A DNA stretch of 64,000 nt from Calcarisporiella thermophila CBS 279.70 (lineage: Eukaryota; Fungi; Calcarisporiellomycota), in the NCBI RefSeq assembly GCF_041956535.1, contig NW_027192196.1, forward strand, positions 923,823-987,822, given 5' to 3'. Positions within the stretch are counted from its first letter, which is position 1. Every line of letters begins with the position of its first letter. Under the pieces are notes generated by a model. That model was not told the DNA's origin and ran no database searches. It worked only from the letters and a program-made list of their open reading frames with translations. Positions 62,676 through 64,000 of the stretch are shown one piece after another. The translations under genes and the position numbers were made by a program.

Positions 62676-64000
62676 CTAGTTTTCTCCGGCCTCCTCCTCC
62701 CCATCCTTGCTGGGGCCCGCCGTCGACGCGGCCTTCATCTTCTTCTGGTGCAGCCGCTCCGCCACCATGGCCACGCCCGGGATGGCCGTGAAGGCGCGAG
62801 GGCTCGACCCCAGGATCTCGTCCACCGTGCTGGGGGCGGACGAGGAGGTCCCAGTCGAGCCAGTCGAGTAGAGGGGGAGGGCCGCGGGAGGCAGCTGGAT
62901 CATGGCGGCCGTGGCGGGCGAGTTGGAGCCGGTGGGGGCCCGGCTCAAGTTCGCGAGGGTGCCGCTCGGCACCGCGGCCGCGGCCGCGTCGGCGGGCTTC
63001 ACCTCCGCTGCCCTCGACGGGGTATTTGACGGCTCGGTGGAGGCGCCGGACGCCGTCGAGTGGGCGGTGTGGAGGGCGGGGGGGTCGTAGATTTGCTGGC
63101 GGTGCACCTGGTTCTGCTGCACCAGGGCGGGCTCCATCAGGCCCGTGGCGCCCACGAGGGTGGAGTTCTGCAGCGCGCTGGTCGAGGGCGCCGGGTGCAC
63201 GACCTCCTCGGCCTGGCGCGAGAACCGCAGCAGCATGTGCAGCTCCTCCTGCAGTGTCTCGTGCCGGAACTGAGCGCGAATCATGGGCACGTTGGTCTTC
63301 TGCATGTCGTTGCCCGCTACCCCCGGAAGCCACCAGTTCTTCCCGAGCCAGTGCTTCTTGATCGCGTTCTCGAACCCACTCTGTATCACCGAGTTGCGCG
63401 CCAGCTCGCACATGTCGGGCGACGACAGCTTCCAGATCTGCGCCGCCACGCTGTACTCCTCGATCAGCGGCTCGCGCGTGAAGTGGAACTGCAGCGGGTC
63501 ATCGGTCGACAGCGAGACGTTCAGGCCGCGCTGGAAGAAGGAGAGGAAGGGGTTGCGCTCGTAGTCGAGGAAGAGAGCGTTGTTGGAGAGGGGCGACATC
63601 GCAATGCCGATCTGCTTGAGGTAGTAGAGGTACTGCAGCGCCGGGACCTTGCGCAGCAAGATTCCGTGGTTGATGCCGTACGACGTGAGGAACGCGGAGG
63701 TCAAGTGGTCGGTGTCGCCCGCCTCACCCGAGTGGGGCCGCAGCACAAACGTGTTGAATCCGCGCTCTCGGCGCCACTGGTTCAGGCTCGTCATGTTCGC
63801 GTACATGTAGTAGAGGTAGTAGGAGTAGGGCGGGTTCAGCTCACCGTTCCAGGCGCGAGGGAATGGGAACTTCTTGTGGATGCGCCGCTCGGGCTTGGAT
63901 TCGTCGTCGACGGAGTCGAAGCCCACGACCCGCTGGAGGAAAACGTGCAGTTCGGGGTGGGATCGCGGGTCTTTCGTCACCTCGAAGAGAGGCTCGAAGA
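62676..64000 (-). CDS. AMD1: AMP deaminase, 3' portion (gene begins beyond the window end)
   Basis: [62 protein letters not shown]. Confidence 0.96.
   Translation of the reverse strand, partial: FEPLFEVTKDPRSHPELHVFLQRVVGFDSVDDESKPERRIHKKFPFPRAWNGELNPPYSYYLYYMYANMTSLNQWRRERGFNTFVLRPHSGEAGDTDHLTSAFLTSYGINHGILLRKVPALQYLYYLKQIGIAMSPLSNNALFLDYERNPFLSFFQRGLNVSLSTDDPLQFHFTREPLIEEYSVAAQIWKLSSPDMCELARNSVIQSGFENAIKKHWLGKNWWLPGVAGNDMQKTNVPMIRAQFRHETLQEELHMLLRFSRQAEEVVHPAPSTSALQNSTLVGATGLMEPALVQQNQVHRQQIYDPPALHTAHSTASGASTEPSNTPSRAAEVKPADAAAAAVPSGTLANLSRAPTGSNSPATAAMIQLPPAALPLYSTGSTGTSSSAPSTVDEILGSSPRAFTAIPGVAMVAERLHQKKMKAASTAGPSKDGEEEAGEN

Noticed and set aside
1-64000. CRISPR arrays, prokaryotic defence systems, rRNA or tRNA genes
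   Set aside because: Eukaryotic intron-containing DNA; I saw no regularly spaced repeats, rRNA signatures or convincing tRNA cloverleafs by eye (tRNAscan-SE not run).

Overview
Gene-dense, intron-rich eukaryotic DNA from a fungus, most likely an early-diverging (non-Dikarya) lineage, inferred from DASH kinetochore subunits occurring together with a FANCE homolog. About 25 mostly housekeeping protein genes are present: SGS1/RecQ, an SH3 membrane protein, NDUFA9, HMG-box, UPS1/PRELI, URA3, TRM9, DUF3020-like, EFL1, an RPA2/STN1-like OB-fold protein, ANT1, SIRT2/HST2, DAD1, BIT61/PRR5, an RFC small subunit, DAM1, TRM140/METTL2, RAE1, FIS1, FANCE, two tandem alpha/beta-hydrolases, dynein heavy chain, RFT1, an ankyrin protein and AMP deaminase. 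There is also a decayed Tc1 (DD34E) transposon with 140-bp TIRs. The main find is an unannotated ~640-nt structured ncRNA at ~26905-27549 (+) with the full architecture of a telomerase RNA: a CCUAACCCUAA template (TTAGGG repeats), an abutting template-boundary hairpin, a core-enclosing helix, a vertebrate-style H-type pseudoknot and a CR4/5-type three-way junction with a P6.1 hairpin. All structures were paired by hand; no searches or folding programs were run. Exon boundaries and some start codons are approximate.
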